Below, in pieces: positions 1 to 15,000 of a DNA stretch of 64,000 nucleotides. Both the position numbers and the translations under genes were made by a program. The notes under the pieces were generated by a model. That model saw only the letters and a list, made by a program, of their open reading frames with translations, was not told the origin of the DNA and made no database searches. The stretch is from Auanema rhodensis (Eukaryota; Animalia; Nematoda). The stretch spans positions 18,290,001 through 18,354,000 of the forward strand of contig OZ059897.1 in assembly GCA_964057225.1 (NCBI GenBank), written 5' to 3'. Positions within the stretch are counted from its first letter, which is position 1; every line of letters begins with the position of its first letter.

Positions 1-3000
1 GGACAATGTTATTCAACGAAAAAATTAATTCTTCAGGGTGAAAATCGAGGATATAAGTGTGAACTTATATCAGTTGATATCTCGGTGCATTTTTAAGCTA
101 GCGCAAATCTGATAACACAGATCGACGCAGCTTAAAAATCCGCATCGAATGCACTATACTACATTGAGAAACGCTTAATACAAAAATTAGTTATGATCGT
201 TTGAAAAATGATGCATTAGTGTATGTTGAGTTTCCATGTACACTCAATATTGCTTCCAAAAACATTTTGACAAAAATGTTTTCGAAAAATTTCAAAATAA
301 TTTAGCAAAAAGTAGATGTTTTTAGATTTCTTTTTTCAAGGCAAAGACGATGGACAATGTTATTCAACGAAAAAATCATTTCTTCAGGGTGAAAATCGAG
401 GATATAAGTGTGAACTTATATCAGTTGATATCTGGGTGCATTTTTAAGCTAGCGCAAATCTGATAACACAGATCGACGCAGCTTAAAAATCCGCATCGAA
501 TGCACTATACTACATTGAGAAAGGCTTAATACATAAATTAGTTATGATCGTTTGAAAAATGATGCATTAGTGTATGTTGAGTTTCCATGTACACTCAACA
601 TTGCTTCCAAAAACATTTTGACAAAAATTTTTTCGAAAAATTTCGAAATAATTTAGCAAAAAGTAGATGTTTTTAGATTCCATTTTTCAAGGCAAAGACG
701 ATAGACAATGTTATTCAACGAAAAAATTAATTCTTCAGGGTGAAAATCGAGGATATAAGTGTGAACTTATATCAGTTGATATCTCGGTGCATTTTTAAGC
801 TAGCGCAAATCTGATAACACAGATCGACGCAGCTTAAGAATCCGCATCGAATGCACTATACTACATTGAGAAACGCTTAATACAAAAATTAGTTATGATC
901 GTTTGAAAAATGATGCATTAGTGTATGTTGAGTTTCCATGTACACTCAACATTGCTTCCAAAAACATTTTGACAAAAATTTTTTCGAAAAATTTCAAAAT
1001 AATTTAGCAAAAAGTAGATGTTTTTAGATTCCATTTTTCAAGGCAAAGACGATAGACAATGTTATTCAACGAAAAAATTAATTCTTCAGGGTGAAAATCG
1101 AGGATATAAGTGTGAACTTATATCAGTTGATATCTCGGTGCATTTTTAAGCTAGCGCAAATCTGATAACACAGATCGACGCAGCTTAAGAATCCGCATCG
1201 AATGCACTATACTACATTGAGAAACGCTTATTACAAAAATTAGTTATGATCGTTTGAAAAATGATGCATTAGTGTATGTTGAGTTTCCATGTACACTTAA
1301 CATTGCTTCCAAAAACATTTTGACAAAAATTTTTTCGAAAAATTTCAAAATAGTTTACCAAAAAGTAGATGTTTTTAGATTCCATTTTTCAAGGCAAAGA
1401 CGATGGACAATGTTATTCAACGAAAAAATTAATTCTTCAGGGTGAAAATCGAGGATATAAGTGTGAACTTATATCAGTTGATATCTCGGTGCATTTTTAA
1501 GCTAGCGCAAATCTGATAACACAGATCGACGCAGCTTAAAAATCCGCATCGAATGCACTATACTACATCGAGAAACGCTCAATACAAAAATTAGTTATAA
1601 TCGTTTGAAAAATGATGCATTAGTGTATGTTGAGTTTCCATGTACACTCAACATTGCTTCCAAAAACATTTTGACAAAAATTTTTTCGAAAAATTTCAAA
1701 ATAATTTAGCAAAAAGTAGATGTTTTTAGATTCCATTTTTCAAGGCAAAGACGATGGACAATGTTATTCAACGAAAAAATTAATTCTTCAGGGTGAAAAT
1801 CGAGGATATAAGTGTGAACTTATATCAGTTGATATCTCGGTGCATTTTTAAGCTAGCGCAAATCTGATAACACAGATCGACGCAGCTTAAAAATCCGCAT
1901 CGAATGCACTATACTACATCGAGAAACGCTCAATACAAAAATTAGTTATAATCGTTTGAAAAATGATGCATTAGTGTATGTTGAGTTTCCATGTACACTC
2001 AACATTGCTTCCAAAACCATTTTGACAAAAATTTTTTCGAAAAATTTCAAAATAATTTAGCAAAAAGTAGATGTTTTTAGATTCCATTTTTCAAGGCACA
2101 GACGATGGACAATGTTATTCAACGAAAAAATTAATTCTTCAGGGTGAAAATCGAAGATATAAGTGTGAACTTATATCAGTTGATATCTCGGTGCATTTTT
2201 AAGCTAGCGCAAATCTGATAACACAGATCGACGCAGCTTAAAAATCCGCATCGAATGCACTATACTACATTGAGAAAGGCTTAATACATAAATTAGTTAT
2301 GATCGTTTGAAAAATGATGCATTAGTGTATGTTGAGTTTCCATGTACACTCAACATTGCTTCCAAAACCATTTTGACAAAAATTTTTTCGAAAAATTTCA
2401 AAATAATTTAGCAAAAAGTAGATGTTTTTAGATTCCATTTTTCAAGGCACAGACGATGGACAATGTTATTCAACGAAAAAATCATTTCTTCAGGGTGAAA
2501 ATCGAGGATATAAGTGTGAACTTATATCAGTTGATATCTGGGTGCATTTTTAAGCTAGCGCAAATCTGATAACACAGATCGACGCAGCTTAAAAATCCGC
2601 ATCGAATGCACTATACTACATTGAGAAAGGCTTAATACATAAATTAGTTATGATCGTTTGAAAAATGATGCATTAGTGTATGTTGAGTTTCCATGTACAC
2701 TCAACATTGCTTCCAAAACCATTTTGACAAAAATTTTTTCGAAAAATTTCAAAATAATTTAGCAAAAAGTAGATGTTTTTAGATTCCATTTTTCAAGGCA
2801 CAGACGATGGACAATGTTATTCAACGAAAAAATCATTTCTTCAGGGTGAAAATCGAGGATATAAGTGTGAACTTATATCAGTTGATATCTGGGTGCATTT
2901 TTAAGCTAGCGCAAATCTGATAACACAGATCGACGCAGCTTAAAAATCCGCATCGAATGCACTATACTACATTGAGAAAGGCTTAATACATAAATTAGTT

Positions 3001-6000
3001 ATGATCGTTTGAAAAATGATGCATTAGTGTATGTTGAGTTTCCATGTACACTCAACATTGCTTCCAAAAACATTTTGACAAAAATTTTTTCGAAAAATTT
3101 CGAAATAATTTAGCAAAAAGTAGATGTTTTTAGATTCCATTTTTCAAGGCAAAGACGATAGACAATGTTATTCAACGAAAAAATTAATTCTTCAGGGTGA
3201 AAATCGAGGATATAAGTGTGAACTTATATCAGTTGATATCTCGGTGCATTTTTAAGCTAGCGCAAATCTGATAACACAGATCGACGCAGCTTAAGAATCC
3301 GCATCGAATGCACTATACTACATTGAGAAACGCTTAATACAAAAATTAGTTATGATCGTTTGAAAAATGATGCATTAGTGTATGTTGAGTTTCCATGTAC
3401 ACTCAACATTGCTTCCAAAAACATTTTGACAAAAATTTTTTCGAAAAATTTCAAAATAATTTAGCAAAAAGTAGATGTTTTTAGATTCCATTTTTCAAGG
3501 CAAAGACGATAGACAATGTTATTCAACGAAAAAATTAATTCTTCAGGGTGAAAATCGAGGATATAAGTGTGAACTTATATCAGTTGATATCTCGGTGCAT
3601 TTTTAAGCTAGCGCAAATCTGATAACACAGATCGACGCAGCTTAAGAATCCGCATCGAATGCACTATACTACATTGAGAAACGCTTATTACAAAAATTAG
3701 TTATGATCGTTTGAAAAATGATGCATTAGTGTATGTTGAGTTTCCATGTACACTTAACATTGCTTCCAAAAACATTTTGACAAAAATTTTTTCGAAAAAT
3801 TTCAAAATAGTTTACCAAAAAGTAGATGTTTTTAGATTCCATTTTTCAAGGCAAAGACGATGGACAATGTTATTCAACGAAAAAATTAATTCTTCAGGGT
3901 GAAAATCGAGGATATAAGTGTGAACTTATATCAGTTGATATCTCGGTGCATTTTTAAGCTAGCGCAAATCTGATAACACAGATCGACGCAGCTTAAAAAT
4001 CCGCATCGAATGCACTATACTACATCGAGAAACGCTCAATACAAAAATTAGTTATAATCGTTTGAAAAATGATGCATTAGTGTATGTTGAGTTTCCATGT
4101 ACACTCAACATTGCTTCCAAAAACATTTTGACAAAAATTTTTTCGAAAAATTTCAAAATAATTTAGCAAAAAGTAGATGTTTTTAGATTCCATTTTTCAA
4201 GGCAAAGACGATGGACAATGTTATTCAACGAAAAAATTAATTCTTCAGGGTGAAAATCGAGGATATAAGTGTGAACTTATATCAGTTGATATCTCGGTGC
4301 ATTTTTAAGCTAGCGCAAATCTGATAACACAGATCGACGCAGCTTAAAAATCCGCATCGAATGCACTATACTACATCGAGAAACGCTCAATACAAAAATT
4401 AGTTATAATCGTTTGAAAAATGATGCATTAGTGTATGTTGAGTTTCCATGTACACTCAACATTGCTTCCAAAACCATTTTGACAAAAATTTTTTCGAAAA
4501 ATTTCAAAATAATTTAGCAAAAAGTAGATGTTTTTAGATTCCATTTTTCAAGGCACAGACGATGGACAATGTTATTCAACGAAAAAATTAATTCTTCAGG
4601 GTGAAAATCGAAGATATAAGTGTGAACTTATATCAGTTGATATCTCGGTGCATTTTCGAGCTAGCGCAAATCTGATAACACAGATCGACGCAGCTTAAAA
4701 ATCCGCATCGAATGCACTATACTACATTGAGAAACGCTTAATACAAAAATTAGTTATAATCGTTTGAAAAATGATGCATTAGTGTATGTTGAGTTTCCAT
4801 GTACACTCAACATTGCTTCCAAAAACATTTTGACAAAAATTTTTTCGAAAAATTTCAAAATAATTTAGCAAAAAGTAGATGTTTTTAGATTCCATTTTTC
4901 AAGGCAAAGACGATGGACAATGTTATTCAACGAAAAAATTAATTCTTCAGGGTGAAAATCGAGGATATAAGTGTGAACTTATATCAGTTGATATCTCGGT
5001 GCATTTTTAAGCTAGCGCAAATCTGATAACACAGATCGACGCAGCTTAAAAATCCGGATCGAATGCACTATACTACATTGAGAAACGCTTAATACAAAAA
5101 TTAGTTATGATCGTTTGAAAAATGATGCATTAGTGTATGTTGAGTTTCCATGTACACTCAACATTGCTTCCAAAAACATTTTGACAAAAATTTTTTCGAA
5201 AAATTTCAAAATAATTTAGCAAAAAGTAGATGTTTTTAGATTCCATTTTTCAAGGCAAAGACGATGGACAATGTTATTCAACGAAAAAATTAATTCTTCA
5301 GGGTGAAAATTGAGGATATAAGTGTGAACTTATATCAGTTGATATCTCGGTGCATTTTTAAGCTAGCGCAAATCTGATAACACAGATCGACGCAGCTTAA
5401 AAATCCGCATCGAATGCACTATACTACATTGAGAAACATTTGATACAAAAATTAGTTATGATCGTTTGAAAAATGATGCATTAGTGTATGTTGAGTTTCC
5501 ATGTACACTCAACATTGCTTCCAAAAACATTTTGACAAAAATTTTTTCGAAAAATTTCGAAATAATTTAGCAAAAAGTAGATGTTTTTAGATTTCATTTT
5601 TCAAGGCAAAGACGATGGACAATGTTATTCAACGAAAAAATTAATTCTTCAGGGTGAAAATCGAGGATATAAGTGTGAACTTATATCAGTTGATATCTCG
5701 GTGCATTTTTAAGCTAGCGCAAATCTGATAACACAGATCGACGCAGCTTAAAAATCCGCATCGAATGCACTATACTACATTGAGAAACGCTTAATACAAA
5801 AATTAGTTATGATCGTTTGAAAAATGATGCATTAGTGTATGTTGAGTTTCCATGTACACTCAATATTGCTTCCAAAAACATTTTGACAAAAATGTTTTCG
5901 GAAAATTTCAAAATAATTTAGCAAAAAGTAGATGTTTTTAGATTTCTTTTTTCAAGGCAAAGACGATGGACAATGTTATTCAACGAAAAAATCATTTCTT

Positions 6001-9000
6001 CAGGGTGAAAATCGAGGATATAAGTGTGAACTTATATCAGTTGATATCTCGGTGCATTTTTAAGCTAGCGCAAATCTGATAACACAGATCGACGCAGCTT
6101 AAAAATCCGCATCGAATGCACTATACTACATTGAGAAACGCTTAATACAAAAATTAGTTATAATCGTTTGAAAAATGATGCATTAGTGTATGTTGAGTTT
6201 CCATGTACACTCAACATTGCTTCCAAAAACATTTTGACAAAAATTTTTTCGAAAAATTTCAAAATAATTTAGCAAAAAGTAGATGTTTTTAGATTCCATT
6301 TTTCAAGGCAAAGACGATGGACAATGTTATTCAACGAAAAAATTAATTCTTCAGGGTGAAAATCGAGGATATAAGTGTGAACTTATATCAGTTGATATCT
6401 CGGTGCATTTTTAAGCTAGCGCAAATCTGATAACACAGATCGACGCAGCTTAAAAATCCGCATCGAATGCACTATACTACATTGAGAAACGCTTAATACA
6501 AAAATTAGTTATGATCGTTTGAAAAATGATGCATTAGTGTATGTTGAGTTTCCATGTACACTCAATATTGCTTCCAAAAACATTTTGACAAAAATGTTTT
6601 CGAAAAATTTCAAAATAATTTAGCAAAAAGTAGATGTTTTTAGATTTCTTTTTTCAAGGCAAAGACGATGGACAATGTTATTCAACGAAAAAATCATTTC
6701 TTCAGGGTGAAAATCGAGGATATAAGTGTGAACTTATATCAGTTGATATCTGGGTGCATTTTTAAGCTAGCGCAAATCTGATAACACAGATCGACGCAGC
6801 TTAAAAATCCGCATCGAATGCACTATACTACATTGAGAAAGGCTTAATACATAAATTAGTTATGATCGTTTGAAAAATGATGCATTAGTGTATGTTGAGT
6901 TTCCATGTACACTCAACATTGCTTCCAAAAACATTTTGACAAAAATTTTTTCGAAAAATTTCGAAATAATTTAGCAAAAAGTAGATGTTTTTAGATTCCA
7001 TTTTTCAAGGCAAAGACGATAGACAATGTTATTCAACGAAAAAATTAATTCTTCAGGGTGAAAATCGAGGATATAAGTGTGAACTTATATCAGTTGATAT
7101 CTCGGTGCATTTTTAAGCTAGCGCAAATCTGATAACACAGATCGACGCAGCTTAAGAATCCGCATCGAATGCACTATACTACATTGAGAAACGCTTAATA
7201 CAAAAATTAGTTATGATCGTTTGAAAAATGATGCATTAGTGTATGTTGAGTTTCCATGTACACTCAACATTGCTTCCAAAAACATTTTGACAAAAATTTT
7301 TTCGAAAAATTTCAAAATAATTTAGCAAAAAGTAGATGTTTTTAGATTCCATTTTTCAAGGCAAAGACGATAGACAATGTTATTCAACGAAAAAATTAAT
7401 TCTTCAGGGTGAAAATCGAGGATATAAGTGTGAACTTATATCAGTTGATATCTCGGTGCATTTTTAAGCTAGCGCAAATCTGATAACACAGATCGACGCA
7501 GCTTAAGAATCCGCATCGAATGCACTATACTACATTGAGAAACGCTTATTACAAAAATTAGTTATGATCGTTTGAAAAATGATGCATTAGTGTATGTTGA
7601 GTTTCCATGTACACTCAACATTGCTTCCAAAAACATTTTGACAAAAATTTTTTCGAAAAATTTCAAAATAATTTAGCAAAAAGTAGATGTTTTTAGATTC
7701 CATTTTTCAAGGCAAAGACGATGGACAATGTTATTCAACGAAAAAATTAATTCTTCAGGGTGAAAATCGAGGATATAAGTGTGAACTTATATCAGTTGAT
7801 ATCTCGGTGCATTTTTAAGCTAGCGCAAATCTGATAACACAGATCGACGCAGCTTAAAAATCCGGATCGAATGCACTATACTACATTGAGAAACGCTTAA
7901 TACAAAAATTAGTTATGATCGTTTGAAAAATGATGCATTAGTGTATGTTGAGTTTCCATGTACACTCAACATTGCTTCCAAAAACATTTTGACAAAAATT
8001 TTTTCGAAAAATTTCAAAATAATTTAGCAAAAAGTAGATGTTTTTAGATTCCATTTTTCAAGGCAAAGACGATGGACAATGTTATTCAACGAAAAAATTA
8101 ATTCTTCAGGGTGAAAATTGAGGATATAAGTGTGAACTTATATCAGTTGATATCTCGGTGCATTTTTAAGCTAGCGCAAATCTGATAACACAGATCGACG
8201 CAGCTTAAAAATCCGCATCGAATGCACTATACTACATTGAGAAACGCTTAATACAAAAATTAGTTATGATCGTTTGAAAAATGATGCATTAGTGTATGTT
8301 GAGTTTCCATGTACACTCAACATTGCTTCCAAAAACATTTTGACAAAAATTTTTTCGAAAAATTTCAAAATAATTTAGCAAAAAGTAGATGTTTTTAGAT
8401 TTCATTTTTCAAGGCAAAGACGATGGACAATGTTATTCAACGAAAAAATTAATTCTTCAGGGTGAAAATCGAGGATATAAGTGTGAACTTATATCAGTTG
8501 ATATCTCGGTGCATTTTTAAGCTAGCGCAAATCTGATAACACAGATCGACGCAGCTTAAAAATCCGCATCGAATGCACTATACTACATTGAGAAACGCTT
8601 AATACAAAAATTAGTTATGATCGTTTGAAAAATGATGCATTAGTGTATGTTGAGTTTCCATGTACACTCAATATTGCTTCCAAAAACATTTTGACAAAAA
8701 TGTTTTCGGAAAATTTCAAAATAATTTAGCAAAAAGTAGATGTTTTTAGATTTCTTTTTTCAAGGCAAAGACGATGGACAATGTTATTCAACGAAAAAAT
8801 CATTTCTTCAGGGTGAAAATCGAGGATATAAGTGTGAACTTATATCAGTTGATATCTGGGTGCATTTTTAAGCTAGGGCAAATCTGATAACACAGATCGA
8901 CGCAGCTTAAAAATCCGCATCGAATGCACTATACTACATTGAGAAACGCTTAATACATAAATTAGTTATGATCGTTTGAAAAATGATGCATTAGTGTATG

Positions 9001-12000
9001 TTGAGTTTCCATATACACTCAACATTGCTTCCAAAAACATTTTGACAAAAATTTTTTCGAAAAATTTCAAAATAATTTAGCAAAAAGTAGATGTTTTTAG
9101 ATTCCATTTTTCAAGGCAAAGACGATGGACAATGTTATTCAACGAAAAAATTAATTCTTCAGGGTGAAAATCGAGGATATAAGTGTGAACTTATATCAGT
9201 TGATATCTCGGTGCATATTTAAGCTAGCGCAAATCTGATAACACAGATCGACGCAGCTTAAAAATCCGCATCGAATGCACTATACTACATTGAGAAACGC
9301 TTAATACAAAAATTAGTTATGATCGTTTGAAAAATGATGCATTAGTGTATGTTGAGTTTCCATGTACACTCAACATTGCTTCCAAAAACATTTTGACAAA
9401 AATTTTTTCGAAAAATTTCAAAATAATTTAGCAAAAAGTAGATGTTTTTAGATTCCATTTTTCAAGGCAAAGACGATAGACAATGTTATTCAACGAAAAA
9501 ATTAATTCTTTAGGGTGAAAATCGAGGATATAAGTGTGAACTTATATCAGTTGATATCTCGGTGCATTTTTAAGCTAGCGCAAATCTGATAACACAGATC
9601 GACGCAGCTTAAAAATCCGCATCGAATGCTTTATACTACATTGAGAAACGCTTAATACAAAAATTAGTTATGATCGTTTGAAAAATGATGCATTAGTGTA
9701 TGTTGAGTTTCCATGTACACTCAACATTGCTTCCAAAAACATTTTGACAAAAACTTTTTCGAAAAATTTCAAAATAATTTAGCAAAAAGTAGATGTTTTT
9801 AGATTCCATTTTTCAAGGCAAAGACGATGGACAATGTTATTCAACGAAAAAATTAATTCTTCAGGGTGAAAATCGAGGATATAAGTGTGAACTTATATCA
9901 GTTGATATCTCGGTGCATTTTTAAGCTAGCGCAAATCTGATAACACAGATCGACGCAGCTTAAAAATCCGCATCGAATGCACTATACTACATTGAGAAAC
10001 GCTTAATACATAAATTAGTTATGATCGTTTGAAAAATGATGCATTAGTGTATGTTGAGTTTCCATGTACACTCAATATTGCTTCCAAAAACATTTTGACA
10101 AAAATGTTTTCGAAAAATTTCAGAATAATTTAGCAAAAAGTAGATGTTTTTAGATTTCTTTTTTCAAGGCAAAGACGATGGACAATGTTATTCAACGAAA
10201 AAATCATTTCTTCAGGGTGAAAATCGAGGATATAAGTGTGAACTTATATCAGTTGATATCTGGGTGCATTTTTAAGCTAGCGCAAATCTGATAACACAGA
10301 TCGACGCAGCTTAAAAATCCGCATCGAATGCACTATACTACATTGAGAAAAGCTTAATACAAAAATTAGTTATAATCGTTTGAAAAATGATGCATTAGTG
10401 TATGTTGAGTTTCCATGTACACTTAACATTGCTTCCAAAAACATTTTGACAAAAATTTTTTCGAAAAATTTCAAAATAGTTTACCAAAAAGTAGATGTTT
10501 TTAGATTCCATTTTTCAAGGCAAAGACGATGGACAATGTTATTCAACGAAAAAATTAATTCTTCAGGGTGAAAATCGAGGATATAAGTGTGAACTTATAT
10601 CAGTTGATATCTGGGTGCATTTTTAAGCTAGGGCAAATCTGATAACACAGATCGACGCAGCTTAAAAATCCGCATCGAATGCACTATACTACATTGAGAA
10701 ACGCTTAATACATAAATTAGTTATGATCGTTTGAAAAATGATGCATTAGTGTATGTTGAGTTTCCATATACACTCAACATTGCTTCCAAAAACATTTTGA
10801 CAAAAATTTTTTCGAAAAATTTCAAAATAATTTAGCAAAAAGTAGATGTTTTTAGATTCCATTTTTCAAGGCAAAGACGATGGACAATGTTATTCAACGA
10901 AAAAATTAATTCTTCAGGGTGAAAATCGAGGATATAAGTGTGAACTTATATCAGTTGATATCTGGGTGCATTTTTAAGCTAGCGCAAATCTGATAACACA
11001 GATCGACGCAGCTTAAAAATCCGCATCGAATGCACTATACTACATTGAGAAAGGCTTAATACATAAATTAGTTATGATCGTTTGAAAAATGATGCATTAG
11101 TGTATGTTGAGTTTCCATGTACACTCAATATTGCTTCCAAAAACATTTTGACAAAAATTTTTTCGAAAAATTTCAAAATAATTTAGCAAAAAGTAGATGT
11201 TTTTAGATTTCTTTTTTCAAGGCAAAGACGATGGACAATGTTATTCAACGAAAAAATCATTTCTTCAGGGTGAAAATCGAGGATATAAGTGTGAACTTAT
11301 ATCAGTTGATATCTGGGTGCATTTTTAAGCTAGCGCAAATCTGATAACACAGATCGACGCAGCTTAAAAATCCGCATCGAATGCACTATACTACATTGAG
11401 AAAGGCTTAATACATAAATTAGTTATGATCGTTTGAAAAATGATGCATTAGTGTATGTTGAGTTTCCATGTACACTCAACATTGCTTCCAAAAACATTTT
11501 GACAAAAATTTTTTCGAAAAATTTCGAAATAATTTAGCAAAAAGTAGATGTTTTTAGATTCCATTTTTCAAGGCAAAGACGATAGACAATGTTATTCAAC
11601 GAAAAAATTAATTCTTCAGGGTGAAAATCGAGGATATAAGTGTGAACTTATATCAGTTGATATCTCGGTGCATTTTTAAGCTAGCGCAAATCTGATAACA
11701 CAGATCGACGCAGCTTAAAAATCCGCATCGAATGCACTATACTACATTGAGAAACGCTTAATACAAAAATTAGTTATGATCGTTTGAAAAATGATGCATT
11801 AGTGTATGTTGAGTTTCCATGTACACTCAACATTGCTTCCAAAAACATTTTGACAAAAATTTTTTCGAAAAATTTCAAAATAATTTAGCAAAAAGTAGAT
11901 GTTTTTAGATTCCATTTTTCAAGGCAAAGACGATAGACAATGTTATTCAACGAAAAAATTAATTCTTTAGGGTGAAAATCGAGGATATAAGTGTGAACTT

Positions 12001-15000
12001 ATATCAGTTGATATCTCGGTGCATTTTTAAGCTAGCGCAAATCTGATAACACAGATCGACGCAGCTTAAAAATCCGCATCGAATGCTTTATACTACATTG
12101 AGAAACGCTTAATACAAAAATTAGTTATGATCGTTTGAAAAATGATGCATTAGTGTATGTTGAGTTTCCATGTACACTCAACATTGCTTCCAAAAACATT
12201 TTGACAAAAACTTTTTCGAAAAATTTCAAAATAATTTAGCAAAAAGTAGATGTTTTTAGATTCCATTTTTCAAGGCAAAGACGATGGACAATGTTATTCA
12301 ACGAAAAAATTAATTCTTCAGGGTGAAAATCGAGGATATAAGTGTGAACTTATATCAGTTGATATCTCGGTGCATTTTTAAGCTAGCGCAAATCTGATAA
12401 CACAGATCGACGCAGCTTAAAAATCCGCATCGAATGCACTATACTACATTGAGAAACGCTTAATACAAAAATTAGTTATGATCGTTTGAAAAATGATGCA
12501 TTAGTGTATGTTGAGTTTCCATGTACACTCAACATTGCTTCCAAAAACATTTTGACAAAAACTTTTTCGAAAAATTTCAAAATAATTTAGCAAAAAGTAG
12601 ATGTTTTTAGATTCCATTTTTCAAGGCAAAGACGATGGACAATGTTATTCAACGAAAAAATTAATTCTTCAGGGTGAAAATCGAGGATATAAGTGTGAAC
12701 TTATATCAGTTGATATCTCGGTGCATTTTTAAGCTAGCGCAAATCTGATAACACAGATCGACGCAGCTTAAAAATCCGCATCGAATGCACTATACTACAT
12801 TGAGAAACGCTTAATACAACAATTAGTTATAATCGTTTGAAAAATGATGCATTAGTGTATGTTGAGTTTCCATGTACACTCAACATTGCTTCCAAAAACA
12901 TTTTGACAAAAACTTTTTCGAAAAATTTCAAAATAATTTAGCAAAAAGTAGATGTTTTTAGATTCCATTTTTCAAGGCAAAGACGATAGACAATGTTATT
13001 CAACGAAAAAATTAATTCTTCAGGGTGAAAATCGAGGATATAAGTGTGAACTTATATCAGTTGATATCTCGGTGCATTTTTAAGCTAGCGCAAATCTGAT
13101 AACACAGATCGACGCAGCTTAAAAATCCGCATCGAATGCACTATACTACATTGAGAAACGCTTAATACAAAAATTAGTTATGATCGTTTGAAAAATGATG
13201 CATTAGTGTATGTTGAGTTTCCATGTACACTCAACATTGCTTCCAAAAACATTTTGACAAAAATTTTTTCGAAAAATTTCAAAATAATTTAGCAAAAAGT
13301 AGATGTTTTTAGATTCCATTTTTCAAGGCAAAGACGATAGACAATGTTATTCAACGAAAAAATTAATTCTTTAGGGTGAAAATCGAGGATATAAGTGTGA
13401 ACTTATATCAGTTGATATCTCGGTGCATTTTTAAGCTAGCGCAAATCTGATAACACAGATCGACGCAGCTTAAAAATCCGCATCGAATGCTTTATACTAC
13501 ATTGAGAAACGCTTAATACAAAAATTAGTTATGATCGTTTGAAAAATGATGCATTAGTGTATGTTGAGTTTCCATGTACACTCAACATTGCTTCCAAAAA
13601 CATTTTGACAAAAACTTTTTCGAAAAATTTCAAAATAATTTAGCAAAAAGTAGATGTTTTTAGATTCCATTTTTCAAGGCAAAGACGATGGACAATGTTA
13701 TTCAACGAAAAAATTAATTCTTCAGGGTGAAAATCGAGGATATAAGTGTGAACTTATATCAGTTGATATCTCGGTGCATTTTTAAGCTAGCGCAAATCTG
13801 ATAACACAGATCGACGCAGCTTAAAAATCCGCATCGAATGCACTTTACTACATTGAGAAACGCTTAATACAAAAATTAGTTATGATCGTTTGAAAAATGA
13901 TGCATTAGTGTATGTTGAGTTTCCATGTACACTCAACATTGCTTCCAAAAACATTTTGACAAAAACTTTTTCGAAAAATTTCAAAATAATTTAGCAAAAA
14001 GTAGATGTTTTTAGATTCCATTTTTCAAGGCAAAGACGATGGACAATGTTATTCAACGAAAAAATTAATTCTTCAGGGTGAAAATCGAGGATATAAGTGT
14101 GAACTTATATCAGTTGATATCTCGGTGCATTTTTAAGCTAGCGCAAATCTGATAACACAGATCGACGCAGCTTAAAAATCCGCATCGAATGCTTTATACT
14201 ACATTGAGAAACGCTTAATACAAAAATTAGTTATGATCGTTTGAAAAATGATGCATTAGTGTATGTTGAGTTTCCATGTACACTCAACATTGCTTCCAAA
14301 AACATTTTGACAAAAATTTTTTCGAAAAATTTCAAAATAATTTAGCAAAAAGTAGATGTTTTTAGATTCCATTTTTCAAGGCAAAGACGATAGACAATGT
14401 TATTCAACGAAAAAATTAATTCTTTAGGGTGAAAATCGAGGATATAAGTGTGAACTTATATCAGTTGATATCTCGGTGCATTTTTAAGCTAGCGCAAATC
14501 TGATAACACAGATCGACGCAGCTTAAAAATCCGCATCGAATGCTTTATACTACATTGAGAAACGCTTAATACAAAAATTAGTTATGATCGTTTGAAAAAT
14601 GATGCATTAGTGTATGTTGAGTTTCCATGTACACTCAACATTGCTTCCAAAAACATTTTGACAAAAACTTTTTCGAAAAATTTCAAAATAATTTAGCAAA
14701 AAGTAGATGTTTTTAGATTCCATTTTTCAAGGCAAAGACGATGGACAATGTTATTCAACGAAAAAATTAATTCTTCAGGGTGAAAATCGAGGATATAAGT
14801 GTGAACTTATATCAGTTGATATCTCGGTGCATTTTTAAGCTAGCGCAAATCTGATAACACAGATCGACGCAGCTTAAAAATCCGCATCGAATGCACTTTA
14901 CTACATTGAGAAACGCTTAATACAAAAATTAGTTATGATCGTTTGAAAAATGATGCATTAGTGTATGTTGAGTTTCCATGTACACTCAACATTGCTTCCA

